A DNA stretch of 64,000 bases, from positions 79,858,001 to 79,922,000 of the forward strand of contig OZ076409.1 in the NCBI GenBank assembly GCA_964187785.1. The letters are read 5' to 3'. The DNA comes from Amphiscolops sp. MND2022 (taxonomy: Eukaryota). The notes below the pieces were generated by a model, which saw only the letters and a program-made list of their open reading frames with translations, was not told the DNA's origin and ran no database searches. The number at the start of each line of letters is the position of its first letter. Position 1 is the first letter of the stretch. Shown here piece by piece: positions 1 through 13,133 of the stretch. Made by a program: the position numbers and the translations under genes.

Positions 1-1087
1 CAAAGGCTTCCGAAGATCTTCAAATGTTCTTTGATATCAAAGACCTTTAGAAGGTCCTTGAATGATCTTTGATCTCGAATATCTTATCTTCCGAAGGTCT
101 TTATCTAAAGATTATCTAAAGACGCTCGAACTATTTTTGATCTCGAAGAGTTTTCGAAAATCTTTGAACTATCTTCTACTTCAAAAAACTTCCCAAGATC
201 CTTGAATGATCTTCGATCATGAAGAACGCCGGGAGTTCCTTGAATGACCTTTGATCTCGAAGATCTTCCGATGATCTTCGAATGAAGTTTGATCTCGAAG
301 ATTTTCCGAAGGTTCTTGATTAATATTTGATCTCGGAGATCTTCCGAAGGTTCTTGATTGATATTTGATCTCGGAGATCTTCCGAAGATCCTTGAAAGAT
401 CTAAGACACGGAAGATCTTCCGATGGTCCTTGATTGATCTTTATCCTTGTAAATCCTTGAAAAATATTTGATCTCGAACATCTTGTGAAGGTCCTTGAAT
501 GATCTTCGATCTTGAGTTTCTAAAACTCCTCGAATGTTTCTTGATCTCGGAAATCTTCCAAAAATCATTACAAGATCTTTGACTTCAAAGACTTCCGAAG
601 ATCTTCAAATGTTCTTTGATATCAAAGACCTTCAGAAGGTCCTTGAATGATCTTTGATCTCGAATATCTTATCTTCCGAAGGTCTTTATCTAAAGATTAT
701 CTAAAGATGCTAGAACTATTTTTGATCTCGAAGAGTTTTCAAAAATCTTTGAACTATCTTCTACCTCAAAAAACTTCCCAAGATCTTTGAATGATCTTCG
801 ATCATGAAGAACGTCGGGAGTTCCTTGAATGATCTTTGATCTCGAAGATCTTCCAATGATATTCGAATGAAGTTTGATCTCGAAGATTTTCCGATGATTC
901 TTGAATGATCTTTGATCTCGAAGATCTTCCGAAGGTTCTTGATTGATATTTGATCTCGGAGATCTTCCGAAGATCCTTGAAAGATCTAAGACACGGAACA
1001 TCTTCCGATGGTCCTTGATTGATCTTTATCCTTGTAAATCCATGAAAAATATTTGATCTCGAACATCTTGTAAAGGTCCTTGAATGG

Positions 1088-1577
1088 GAGTGTACGCCTT
1101 TGATCTAATTGCTTGGGTCTAATGGAATTAGATCTAACTGTTAGGTCTAACTTTCAGACCTAATTTTATCTAAAATACTTAGGTCTAACCCCTTTATGGT
1201 CTAATATGTGTTATGAAAGCGAAAATATATTGTGTGGCATATGCGATGTGTGCACGCTCGCCCTCACCGTCGCAAAGACCAGCTCCCACTACGATCGCTT
1301 CGCGATCACCGTTCCTGCTAGGTCTTTGCTCCTGTTCGACCTCGCTTAGCAAGATGGGAATATAAGCGGCCCCAAGGTGCCGCGGGGCACTAGAGGAAAT
1401 GGGGACATATCCGAGGCACGTTTTGTACTTTAGTTTTAGATCCTAATTGACTTTTTTTCTCAAATTAGATCAAATTAGAAGAGATTTTTAGACCTGATTA
1501 TTTAGATCAATTTATTTAGATCTCAGTTTTGCCCCCTCTCTTAGATCTTTTTCATTAGACCTGATTCCACGTAGCTC
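1088..1577. mobile_element. Non-autonomous TIR element (MITE family A, ttagatctaa/ttaggtctaa subterminal motifs), copy 1 in satellite
   Basis: gag...ctc ends flanked by ttgaatgg/ttgaatga; empty site seen at ~495-502; GC-rich core shared with 6822-7380 and 11672-46206. Confidence 0.8.
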
Positions 1578-2920
1578 TTGAATGATCTTCGATCTTGAGT
1601 TTCTAAAGCTCCTCGAAAGTTGTTTGATCTCGAAAAGCTTCCGAAAATCTTTGGAAAATCTTTGACTTCAAAGGCTTCCGAAGACCTTCAAATGTTCTTT
1701 GATATCAAAGACCTTCAGAAGGTCCTTGATTGATCTTTGATCTTGAATATCTTCTGAAGGTCTTTATCTAGAGATTATCTAAAGATCCTCGAACTATTTT
1801 TGATCTCGAAGAATTTTCGACAATCTTTGAACTATCTTCTACCTCAAAAAAATTCCCAGGATCCTTGAATGAGCTTCGATCATGAAGAACGTCGGGAGTT
1901 CCTTGAATGACCTTTGATCTCGAAGATCTTCCGATGATCTTCGAAGGAAATTTGATCTCGAAGATCTCCGAACATTCTTGAATGACCTTCGATCTCGCAG
2001 ATCTTCAGAAGATCCTTGAAAGTTCTTTGATATCAAAGATCTTCAGAACGTCATTGATTGATTTTCGATCTCGATTATCTAAAAATCCTCGAAAGATACT
2101 TGATCCCGAAGAGTTTTCAAAAATCTTTAAATTATCTTTGACCTAAAAAACTTTCCCAAAATCCATGAATGATCTTCGATCATGAAGAACGTCGGGAGTG
2201 AATGAACTTTGATCGCGAAGATCTTTCGATCATCTTTGAATGATATTTGATCTCGAAGATCTATCGCAGGACCTTGAATGGTCTTCGATATCGACGTTCT
2301 TCCGAAGGTCCTTGAATGCCCTTCGATATCGAAGAACTTCCGAAGACCCTTGAATAATCTTTGATCTCGACGATCTTGCAAAGATCCTTGAATGGGCTTC
2401 TTTCATCTCGAAGATCTTCCGAAGGATCTTGGGAAGTTCCTTGAAAGATCTTCAATCTCTATTATCTAAAGCTCCTCGAATGATGTTTGATCTCGAATAT
2501 CTTATCTTCCGAAGGTCTTTATCTAAAGATTATCTAAAGATGCTAGAACTATTTTTGATCTCGAAGAGTTTTCAAAAATCTTTGAACTATCTTCTACCTC
2601 AAAAAACTTCCCAAGATCTTTGAATGATCTTCGATCATGAAGAACGTCGGGAGTTCCTTGAATGATCTTTGATCTCGAAGATCTTCCAATGATATTCGAA
2701 TGAAGTTTGATCTCGAAGATTTTCCGATGATTCTTGAATGATCTTTGATCTCGAAGATCTTCCGAAGGTTCTTGATTGATATTTGATCTCGGAGATCTTC
2801 CGAAGATCCTTGAAAGATCTAAGACACGGAACATCTTCCGATGGTCCTTGATTGATCTTTATCCTTGTAAATCCATGAAAAATATTTGATCTCGAACATC
2901 TTGTAAAGGTCCTTGAATGG

Positions 2921-3411
2921 GAGTGTACGCCTTTGATCTAATTGCTTGGGTCTAATGGAATTAGATCTAACTGTTAGGTCTAACTTTCAAACCTAATTTT
3001 ATCTAAAATACTTAGGTCTAACCCCTTTATGATCTAATATGTGTTCTGAAAGCGAAAATATATTGTGTGGCATATGCGATGTGTGCACGCTCGCCCTCAC
3101 CGTCGCAAAGACCAGCTCCCACTACGATCGCTTCGCGATCTCCGTTCCTGCTAGGTCTTTGCTCCTGTTCGACCTCGCTTAGCAAGATGGGAATATAAGC
3201 GGCCCCAAGGTGCCGCGGGGCACTAGAGGAAATGGGGACATATCCGAGGCACGTTTTATACTTTAGTTTTAGATCCTAATTGACTTTTTTTTCTCAAATT
3301 AGATCAAATTAGAAGAGATTTTTAGACCTGATTATTTAGATCAATTTATTTAGATCGCAGTTTTGCCCCCTCTCTTAGATCTTTTTCATTAGACCTGATT
3401 CCACGTAGCTC
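2921..3411. mobile_element. MITE family A copy 2 (duplicated with the satellite higher-order repeat)
   Basis: Near-identical to 1088-1577 with the same flanks, 1833 bp downstream. Confidence 0.8.
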
Positions 3412-5060
3412 TTGAATGATCTTCGATCTTGAGTTTCTAAAGCTCCTCGAATGTTGTTTGATCTCGAAAAGCTTCCGAAAATCTTTGGAAAATCTTTGAC
3501 ATCAAAGGCTTCCGAAGACCTTCAAATGTTCTTTGATATCAAAGACCTTCAGAAGGTCCTTGATTGATCTTTGATCTCGAATATCTTCTGAAGGTCTTTA
3601 TCTAGAGATTATCTAAAGATCCTCGAACTATTTTTGATCTCGAAGAATTTTCGACAATCTTTGAACTATCTTCTACCTCAAAAAAATTCCCAGGATCCTT
3701 GAATGAGCTTCGATCATGAAGAACGTCGGGAGTTCCTTGAATGACCTTTGATCTCGAAGATCTTCCGATGATCTTCGAAGGAAATTTGATCTCGAAGATC
3801 TCCGAACATTCTTGAATGACCTTCGATCTCGCAGATCTTCAGAAGATCCTTGAAAGTTCTTTGATATCAAAGATCTTCAGAACGTCATTGATTGATTTTC
3901 GATCTCGATTATCTAAAAATCCTCGAAAGATACTTGATCCCGAAGAGTTTTCAAAAATCTTTAAATTATCTTTGACCTAAAAAATTTTCCCAAAATCCAT
4001 GAATGATCTTCGATCATGAAGAAGGTCGGGAGTGAATGAACTTTGATCGCGAAGATCTTTCGATCATCTTTGAATGATATTTGATCTCGAAGATCTATCG
4101 CAGGACCTTGAATGGTCTTCGATATCGACGTTCTTCCGAAGGTCCTTGAATGCCCTTCGATATCGAAGAACTTCCGAAGACCCTTGAATAGTCTTTGATC
4201 TCGACGATCTTGCAAAGATCCTTGAATGGGCTTCTTTCATCTCGAAGATCTTCCGAAGGATCTTGGGAAGTTCCTTGGAAGATCTTCAATCTCTATTATC
4301 TAAAGCTCCTCGAATGATGTTTGATCTCGAATGTCTTCCGAAAATCTTTGAAAGATCTTTGACTTCAAAAATCTTCCGAATATCTTTGTCCTTGAAAGAC
4401 CTTTGATATCGGAGATCTTCCGCAGATCCGTGACTGATCTGTGATATGGAAGATCTCCCGAAGATTCTTGAATGATCTTCGATCTTGAGTTTCTAAAACA
4501 CCTCGAATGTTGCTTGATCTCGAAAAACTCTCGAAAATCTTTGGAAGATCTTTGACTTCAAAGGCTTCCGAAGATCTTCAAATGTTCTTTGATATCAAAG
4601 ACCTTTAGAAGGTCTTTGAATGATCTTTGATCTCGAAAATCTTATCTTCCGAAGGTCTTTATCTAAAGATTATCTAAAGATGCTCGAACTAATTTTGATC
4701 TCGAAGAGTTTTCGAAAATCTTTGAACTATCTTCTACCTCAAAAAACTTCCCAAGATCCTTGAATGATCTTCGATCATGAAGAACGTCGGGAGTTCCTTG
4801 AATGACCTTTGGTCTCGAAGATCTTCCGATGATCTTCGAAGGAATTTTGATCTCGAAGATTTTCCGATGATTCTTGAATGATCTTTGATCTCGAATATCT
4901 TCCGATGGTTCTTGATTGATATTTGATCTCGAAGATCTTCCGAAGATCCTTGAAAGATCTAAGACACGGAAGATCTTCCGATGGTCCTTGATTGATCTTT
5001 ATCCTTGTAAATCCTTGAAAAATATTTGATCTCGAACATCTTGTGAAGGTCCTTGAAAAG

Positions 5061-5566
5061 GAGTGTACGCCTTTGATCTAATGTCTTGGGTCTAATGGAA
5101 TTAGATCTAACTGTTAGGTCTAACTTTCAGACCTAATTCAATCTAAAATACTTAGGTCTAACCCCTTCATGATCTAATATGTGTACTGAAAGCGAAAATA
5201 TAATGTGGGGCATATGCGATGTATGCACGCTCGCCCTCGCCGTCGCAAAGACCAGCTCCCACTACGATCGCTTCGCGATCTCCGTTTCCGCTAGGTCTTT
5301 GCTCATGTTCGACCTCGCTTAGCAAGATGGGAATATAAGCTGGCCCCAAAGGGGCCGCGGGGCACTAGAGGAAATGGGGACATATCCGAGGCACGTTTTA
5401 TACTTTATATCACTTTTTAGTTTTAGATCCTAATTGACCTTTTTTTTCTCAAATTAGATCAAATTAGAAGAGATTTTCAGACCTGATTATTTAGATCAAT
5501 TTATTTAGATCTCAGTTTTGCCTTCTCTCTTAGATCTATTTCTCTAGACCTGATTCCACGTAGCTC
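5061..5566. mobile_element. MITE family A copy 3 (more diverged)
   Basis: Same ends, core and satellite position as copies 1 and 2. Confidence 0.78.
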
Positions 5567-6025
5567 TTGCATGATCTTCGATCTTGAGATTCTAAAGCTC
5601 CTCGAATGTTGTTTGATCTCGAAAATCTTCTGAAAATCTTTGGAAAATCTTTGACTTCAAAGTCTTCCGAAGATCTTCAAATGTCCTTTGATATCAAAGA
5701 CCTTCAGAAAGTCCTTGAATGATCTTTGATCTCGAATATCTTTTGAAGGTCTTTATCTATAGATTATCTAAAGATCCTCGAACTATTTTTGATCTCGAAG
5801 AGTTTTCGAAAATCTTTGAACTATCTCTTACCTCAAAAAACTTCCCAGGATCCTTGAATGATCTTCGATCATGAAGAACGTCGGGAGTTCCTTGAATGAC
5901 CTTTGATCTCGAAGATCTTCTGATGATCTTCGAAGGAAATTTGATCTCGAAGATTTCCGAAGATTCTTGAATGACCTTCGATCTCGAAGGTCTTCAGAAG
6001 ATCCTTGAAAGTTCTTTGATATCAA

Positions 6026-6531
6026 AGATCTTCAGAAGGTCATTGATTGATCTTCGATCTCGATTATCTAAAAATCCTCGAAAGATACTTGATCTCGAAG
6101 AGTTTTCGAAAATCTTTGAAATATCTTTGACCTAAAGTTTTTTCCCAAGATCCAGAAATGATCTTCGATCATGAAGAACGTCGGGAGTGAATGAACTTTG
6201 ATCGCGAAGATCTTTCGATCATCTTTGAATGATATTTGATGTCGAAGATCTATCGCAGGACCTTGAATGGTCTTTGATATCGACGATCTTCCGAAGGTGC
6301 TTGAATGATCTTCGACATCAAATATCATTCAAAGATGATCGAAAGATCTTCGCGATCAAAGTTCATTCACTCCCGACGTTCTTCATGATCGAAGATCATT
6401 TCTGGATCTTGGGAAAAAATTTTAGGTCAAAGATATTTCAAAGATTTTCGAAAACTCTTCGAGATCAAGTATCTTTCGAGGATTTTTAGATAATCGAGAT
6501 CGAAGATCAATCAATGACCTTCTGAAGATCT
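6026..6531. repeat. Fold-back inverted duplication (225-bp arms, 56-bp spacer) terminating the satellite
   Basis: 6026-6250 is the near-perfect reverse complement of 6307-6531; ORFs 6068-6328(-) and 6229-6489(+) share the same C-terminal peptide. Confidence 0.9.
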
Positions 6532-6821
6532 CGAAGGTCTTCCGTAGGTCCTTTATCGACGATTTCACTGGTATTTCTTTAGATTCGATGTTTGCAGCCA
6601 TGTCAATCAATGAGCTTTCAAAGTCATTTGTTCTTTTTTTCTCAAAGTCAGTTTCCAAAAAGATCGAATTTGATTGGCATGCCTTTTTTCAAAAATATCT
6701 TTCAGTTGGCATACAAATTGTTACGTAATATGCTGTGATAATGTTGATCGGCTATTACGTAACAAAGCTGCCGAGACAAAGAAAGTATCTCCATTATATA
6801 TAGGATTATACCAGCCACTAT

Positions 6822-7380
6822 GGTATATGCCCTTTTTGCCGAAACTCATTTTGCCGAATCCCACTTTGCCGAAAGCATGGGACAATTTGCCGATTTCTTT
6901 TCGGCAAAGTGGGCATCGAAATTCGGCAAAGTGGGCAAGACAGTTGTCTACATCTGCAAAAACAGTCTTTAAAAGCTATAAAATGATTCAAAGTATAAAA
7001 CGTGTCTCGGATATGTCCCCATTTCCTCTAGTGCCCAGCGGCCCCTTGGGGCCGCTTATGTTCCCATCTTGCTAAGCGAGGTCGAACAGGAGCAAAGACC
7101 TAGCGGGAACGGAGATCGCGAAGCGATCGTAGTGGGAGCTGGTTTTTGCGACGGTGAGGGCGAGCGTGCATACATCGGATATGCCCCACATTGTATTTTC
7201 GCTCTCAAAAAGTCTGTTTTTGCAGATGTAGACAACTGCCTTGCCCACTTTGCCGAATTTCGATGCCCATTTTGCCGAATTCCGATGCCCACTTTGCAGA
7301 AAAAAATTCGGCAAAATGGGCAAGCTAGGGACACTTTGCCGAATTCGGCAAAATGGGTTTCGGCAAACTGTCCCATATTC
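6822..7380. mobile_element. Non-autonomous TIR element (MITE family B, ttgccgaa subterminal motifs)
   Basis: Perfect 8-bp TSD gccactat (6814-6821, 7381-7388); imperfect TIRs ggtatatgccctttttgccgaa / rc gaatatgggacagtttgccgaa; shared core at ~7006-7195. Confidence 0.88.
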
Positions 7381-7635
7381 GCCACTATCCCAGTAGACCA
7401 GTAACAAAAAAACAACAACCAACAAACTAGTCATACCAGCTAACGATCCCAGTCGACCGGTAGAAACAAATTTTCAAAGCTGCAATGATATACAGGTTTT
7501 AAAAAATAAACTATTTGTAATGAATTTCTTCGAACGCATCTCTGTCGCTCACAGTTCCAGCATTCAAGAAGTAAATGCAAATAACTAGTATAGCAACCCT
7601 CTAAACTATCTAGACACTGAAGCAAAGATTTAGAG

Positions 7636-7701
7636 ACCACAGGATTCGAACTTATTCTATCAAGTCGCGGCCTGGGGTGCTGACCATTACACTACAGCTC
7701 C
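7636..7701 (-). ncRNA. tRNA-derived sequence (Pol III A/B boxes; SINE head or pseudo-tRNA)
   Basis: Minus strand ggagctgtagtgtaatggtcagcacc...aagttcgaatcctgtggt: A-box-like tagtgtaatgg and B-box gttcgaatcc; no convincing acceptor stem. Confidence 0.55.
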
Positions 7702-7906
7702 GAAATTTGAGCAATACGTCTAGACTTATTAGCTAAATTAGTGGTTGCTATACTAGTTTACCTCACATGTAGCATTATCTTTACTTCAATTACGCGGGGT
7801 TTTTGTTCTTAATCCAACTCTTTTACTTGGATATTCGCAACAATTTTCATGTCCAATTATTAATGATAAAGTGTTGTGATAAACTTATTAAATAGTTTCA
7901 GACGCG

Positions 7907-8670
7907 ATGCCGACTACTAGAACTGGCTCTCAATCAGACGAAGAGGGGTCCACCCACCTAATCGAATGTACTGGCAAGGGTCCCGACAAGGGAAAGGGAT
8001 GCCAATCCTGGGTCCCCACATGGCTCCCGAAAAAGATCCACAAGGGTTTCATGGACCGCCCCTTCCAATGTGGCTTCTGTGCAGCAGCTGAGGTGGCCGA
8101 CTTGCAGTCCAAACTTGCCAAAATTGCAGATAAGCCTCAAATCAGCGGAGAGCTGTCCAGTCTTTTCAATGCCGATTCAACCAGCAATATGGAAGGCGGG
8201 ACAATGTCCGCATATTTGGGGTGGAGGAGGGACCAAATGAGGACGTGTATCAGGCTGTGATCGATGTGGCAGAAAAGGCGGGATGTCAGGTATCCAGAGC
8301 GGACATCAGCATCTGCCATAGGGTTCCCAGCAGAAATGTGAAGCCTGGCCAAGGGCGCCCTATCATTGCAAAATTTGTAAGGAGACAGACCAAAATCGGG
8401 CTGATGACCAACAAAAAGAAGCTCAAGGATAGTGAAAATAAAATTGATATCAACGATGATCTCACGCTACTACGAGCAAGGTTGGCTAAAGCATTGAGGC
8501 AAAGACAAGATGTAATTTCTGTTAACATGATTAACGAAAAAATTGTGGTGTATCAACAAAATGATACAAAAACTGTCTTTGATAGCCTCTTCAAATTATA
8601 TGAATGGGATCCTGATTTTGTCTACTCTGTATGCAAAAGTAGTCTACATTTTTGTTATTGGGCCCTCTAG
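7907..8670 (+). pseudogene. LINE ORF1 (PHD-like Cys motif + L1/CR1-type RRM-CTD), frameshifted at ~8180
   Basis: IECTGK..CQSWV..FQCGFC, then EEGPNEDVYQAV..DISICHRVP..RPIIAKFVRR..INDDLT. Confidence 0.72.
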
Positions 8671-8699
8671 CTTACAAATTGAAACGTAAAAAATCAAAG

Positions 8700-11597
8700 C
8701 CTGAACATAAAAACAACTTAAGAGAACAAAGTGTTGAGAACGAATGGATTTTTCATTTGAACATAAGGTCTATCGACTACAATTTTGAAGAACTAGAAAC
8801 GCATATAGATACCTTTCGTGAAAACAAACCGTTTATTGTTTGCTTGTCCGAAACATGGATGACTGAATCCTCAGACAAAAATGCCCTGCACTAGAATCCT
8901 ATGCACCTATGGAATTTGATCCTGGTTCAACAAGAAATGAAGGTGTTGCAATATATGTCCATGAATCACTGGCATTTGAACTTTTGGAGCTTAACATACA
9001 GAAAAATTCTATTCCTGATCTAAACTATACTGGAGTCAATTGTACCGCTAGGAAAAAGGAAAAATTTACCATTGTATGCTTATACAATTCGCCTTCCGTA
9101 AATAAACAGGATTTCTTGGATCAGTTTGAGCTACTTCTTGAGTCTCTTAGTCAAATTAAGAACTACTATCTAATAGGCGATATTATTATTGACCTCTTGG
9201 AATGCAACCCTGTTGCAGATAGGTATCTGAAATTGTTGGAAATTCATGGTTACGCACAAGGAATCGAAGAACCAACCCGTGTAACGCTTGACTCAGAATC
9301 GTTAATCGATCATTTAATCCATAATGACTACCAAAGACCTCTGGAATTTGGAGTTATCAAGACGTATATTACAGACCATTTTGCAACCTACGTTGATTTG
9401 AATATAAGTAAATCTAAATCCATTTGTTCTCAACATTTTATTAAGGATAGACCGTTTCTCCGGGACGGTCATGCAACAAATCTCTATCTAAATTACTTAA
9501 AACATTGCCTGGAACTTGTAGACTTAGGACAGGACATCAATGCATCTACTGAATCGTTTGCCAATGCAATATCGGAAGCAGTTAATGCTTTCACAGTTGA
9601 AAAACGATCAGAACACCAAGATGCCGTAAGACCTTGGTTCACAAAGGAAGTAGTAAAATCCTTAATTCGAAGAAATTGTAGTTTCCACAGATACAAGCGC
9701 TGTAAAACCTATCAGAACAAGCTACGCTACACAAGAGCTAGAAATAATGTGCACCAGCAGCTTCGTAAAAGCAAGCGCGAATACTACGATTAATGTCTGA
9801 ATGGGCTTATCAATAATCCTAAATTGTTTCTACAAAGAACTAAACAAAATCACTGGTAAAGCAAGAAAAAATTCCAACTTTGTTATCAAGAATGATAAAA
9901 ATGAATTGATTACGGATGATATTGATGTGGCCAAATCGTTCAATGAAAAATTTGTTTCCATCAGTAAAACCTTAGCAGCTTCAATTGATAATGTCCCGTT
10001 CACGACTCATGGTGTAAAAACTAATGAAAAATCACTATTTTTTATCCAGCTGATGGCACTGAGATTTCGAGGATTATAAAAAATCTTAAGAACCATAAAT
10101 CACCTGGTCTAGATGGACTGACTGCAGAAATACTAAACGTGAGTCACGATGTAATAGTTGAAAAATTAACTCATCTCGTGAATGAATAGCTAAAAAGTGG
10201 AACATTTCCTCAGGTTTTGAAAGCTGCGAGAGTGGTACCGATATACAAATCCGGCAAAAAATCTATACGTGAACATTACAGACCCCTATCTGTTTTATCA
10301 GTATTGAGCAAAATATTTGAACGTGTTGTGCATGAACGATTATATAATTTCATGGATAAAGGTAAGCTATTATACCCAAGACAATTTGGATTCAGGTCAA
10401 AACTGAGCCTCATCCACGCTCTTTCCGATATTACAGAAATGATTAGGGATAGTTCTAACCTCGATATTTCTTGTATTTTGCTTGATTTACAAAAAGCCTT
10501 CGATACAATAAACCATGAATTTCTCTTGTATAAACTCGAAGCATACGGTGTCAGAGGGGTTTGCTTGTATTGGTTCACATCATATCTAAGTAAACGAAGT
10601 CAATGTGTTTCAATTAACGGTAAAGTCTCTAAACCATTACTTATTGACTGCGGCGTTCCTCAAGGATCTATTCTTGGCCCACTGCTCTTTATAATTCATG
10701 TAAATGATTTCCCGAACTCGTGTAAAAACAATATTCCGCTTCGCTTTGCGGATGATGCTAATTGCGTTTACGCGAGACCCAAAAATGAGACATCTACATT
10801 ACAAGATGAAGTTGAACACATTCCTGGATAGATGGCTATGAATAAACTTAGTCAAAATATTCCCAAAACTTAATTGGTCCATTTTTTAAACTGCAAAAAC
10901 GAAAACATAGTATTGAAAAATACTGAAATAACATGTACTGAATACGTTAAACATCTGGGTATCTTACTTGATAAAAATTTAACTTATGGTTTCCACGTCA
11001 AACGAGTACTGAATAAATTAGCTAAACATGTATCCATTATTAACCGTCTAAGGCATTTCACCAGTAGTTCGGTAGTGATACGATATTTTAAAACATACAT
11101 GAAACCAATTATCCAATACGGACTCTTGATATATGGGTGCACGAGGAAGAGTGTACTGAATGATATATTTCTTGTTCAGAAAAAAATCCTCCGTATTACA
11201 TATTTTAAAAACAGACATTATCCATCGGATGAATTGTTCAAAAGAAGCGAAATTATGAATGTTTTTGATCTATACGTATTTGAACTATTAAAATTCGCCG
11301 TGCGTTCTAGTAGAGAAAGTCAACTGCATAATATCAAGAGCGTATTTATCCACAAAAATTCACTTGTTTTTACTCGGAGTGTTTCTTCCAATATGTTTTA
11401 TGTACCTGAAGCACGAACGCAAATTAGCCGACAATCACTAAAATATCGTGGAACTGTCTTACTGAATCATCTACTAAAAACAAAGCTATTACCTCGCAAT
11501 TATGAATCTATCGGTGAAAATTAGACTAAAAGATTGATATTAAAAATTAAAAACAAAACAAGTACCGAACGTCTGGCAGACATAGTTTTTTGTTGAT
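8700..11597 (+). pseudogene. LINE ORF2 (AP endonuclease + reverse transcriptase), disrupted
   Basis: APE motifs IFHLNIRS, CLSETW, GVAIYV, SLIDHL, TDHF; RT motifs YRPLSVLSVLSKIFE, QFGFR, LDLQKAFDTI, GVPQGSILGPLLF, FADD; several in-frame stops and frameshifts. Confidence 0.92.
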
Positions 11598-11876
11598 GCC
11601 CTTGTGTTTGGAGGGTCCCTCCCCCGTTTAGGAATAGTAACCTTTGGAGGGTCCCCTCTGGTGCTATATTTGGTAAGTGGTCACTTGGCTTAATGCCATT
11701 TGGCTTAAAGTCATTTGGCTTAATACAATTGGTCACTTGGCCTAATTTTTTAGGCTGAGTGTCTCGGGTATTGGTCACTTGGCTTAAAGTCATTTCACTT
11801 AAAACCACTTAGTTGAAAACACGTGGCAGATTCTGTCGAATTTATCTTTATAACGTAGTCAGCGTATTATCAAATC

Positions 11877-12226
11877 GGGTGGCTGTGAATAGGTCGAATT
11901 TTTCTGGTCGAAAGGACTGAGGTCGAACATTTTGATCAAATTACAGGGATCGAATGGAATGCGGTCGAATTTTATCGTATTTGTTGTATGGCTCGGTCGC
12001 TTCGCACCCTTCGCCAAGTTGCAACATTGATGCATGGCCATATGGCACGTCGCTCCGCTTCGCTTCGCTCCTGCATTCAGGGCACTAGGGGTATGTGAAC
12101 ATATCTGACTACGTTATAAAACTTTTGATCCGAGTTGTTTCGATCCCATTCAAAATTTTGGTATTGTCGACCTGAGGACTAACTCTGATTTTCGATCCCG
12201 TTCCTTCGACCTATTTCCGCCCACCC
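11877..12226. mobile_element. 350-bp Mutator-like MITE (family D, ggtcgaa motifs)
   Basis: gggtgg...ccaccc termini; near-identical to 45063-45412; degenerate 9-bp TSD tatcaaatc/tatcataac. Confidence 0.85.
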
Positions 12227-12374
12227 TATCATAACATGTCATATCAAGTACCCCTCGGATATGTCCCCATTTCCTCTAGTGCCCTGCGGCCCCTTGGGGC
12301 CGCTTAATTCCCATCTTGCTAAGCGAGGTCGAACAGGAGCAAAGACATAGCGGGAACGAAGATCGCGAAGCGAT

Positions 12375-13118
12375 TGTAACGCCAAGCTCTGGTACAGCAA
12401 TATCCACGGATTTTGCAACTCGACATGTTCAGAAATTTTGCCAAAAATTCGTTCAAATCTGACGTGGCACTCAAACATGCTCAAGATGAAGTACCTGCCA
12501 GAAAAGCACCCCAGAAAATCAGAAATCGCCGCCCGCGAAGAGCGAACGCAAGAAACGACCAAAAAGACGTACTTTTCGTCTAAAAAACACGGTATTGTGC
12601 CCATCCCCAAGAGATCGACACTACTATAGTACCGGAAACCCGTGTTCCAGATGTTCGCTGAGTATCCCTGCAGTGTCCTGTGTGGTGACGAGCGCTAGCG
12701 CTGGGAGCCGAGGTCATTTTCTACCAAAATGACTCAAACTGTTAATTTTGTTGTATTTCTCTTTGCTGTAGATTGATATGCTCGAGAGCTGCCCTTGAAC
12801 ATCTATGTTTACATATTTGGATATGTCGATTTTATCAGATTCTCCAATACTATGGCTCAACCTCCTCTTGTTTTCAGCCCCCTTTTTGAAGGCTAGTTGA
12901 GCAGTGGTCTTGAGTTATGCAAGATGCCTGTTACTTTTAGCAGTTACAGACTGGGACCAGGCCAGAGAGTTTCTTACAAGACGGTTCCCCCACCTTGGGA
13001 CTGGCTCCTTCGGAGGGAAAATGAGCTAGGGCCGCGGAGATCTAAGTCCCAGATTATATTCGCTGTTCTAGTTCCTCCACTCTAAGTTACGGTTGAAGCG
13101 CCGGCGCTTATCGTTACA
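12375..13118 (+). repeat. Gypsy 5' LTR (744 bp)
   Basis: Starts tgtaacg, ends cgttaca; ~99% identical by eye to 38714-39271 plus 45806-45992. Confidence 0.93.
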
Positions 13119-13133
13119 TAGAACCTCATTTTT

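Larger units (their letters stand above)
1..6531. repeat. GATC-rich satellite array, ~38-bp degenerate monomer with ~1.83-kb higher-order repeat
   Basis: gatctcg recurs at 253, 291, 329, 367 (38-bp period); monomer built on the palindrome gaagatcttc; identical spurious ORFs at 690/2523 and 1839/3673 give a 1833-1834 bp period. Confidence 0.93.
7720..11663 (+). mobile_element. Degenerate non-LTR retrotransposon, CR1/L2 group; boundaries approximate
   Basis: ORF1 with Cys-rich N-terminus plus RRM-like part, followed by APE endonuclease-RT ORF2 with stops and frameshifts. Confidence 0.88.

Noticed and set aside
1..6531. CRISPR-like array
   Set aside because: No unique spacers, eukaryotic context, no cas genes
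690..6658. Short ORFs in the satellite region
   Set aside because: Translations of the repeat; they recur with the repeat period and show no domain motifs
7636..7701. Functional tRNA gene
   Set aside because: Acceptor and anticodon stems do not pair convincingly
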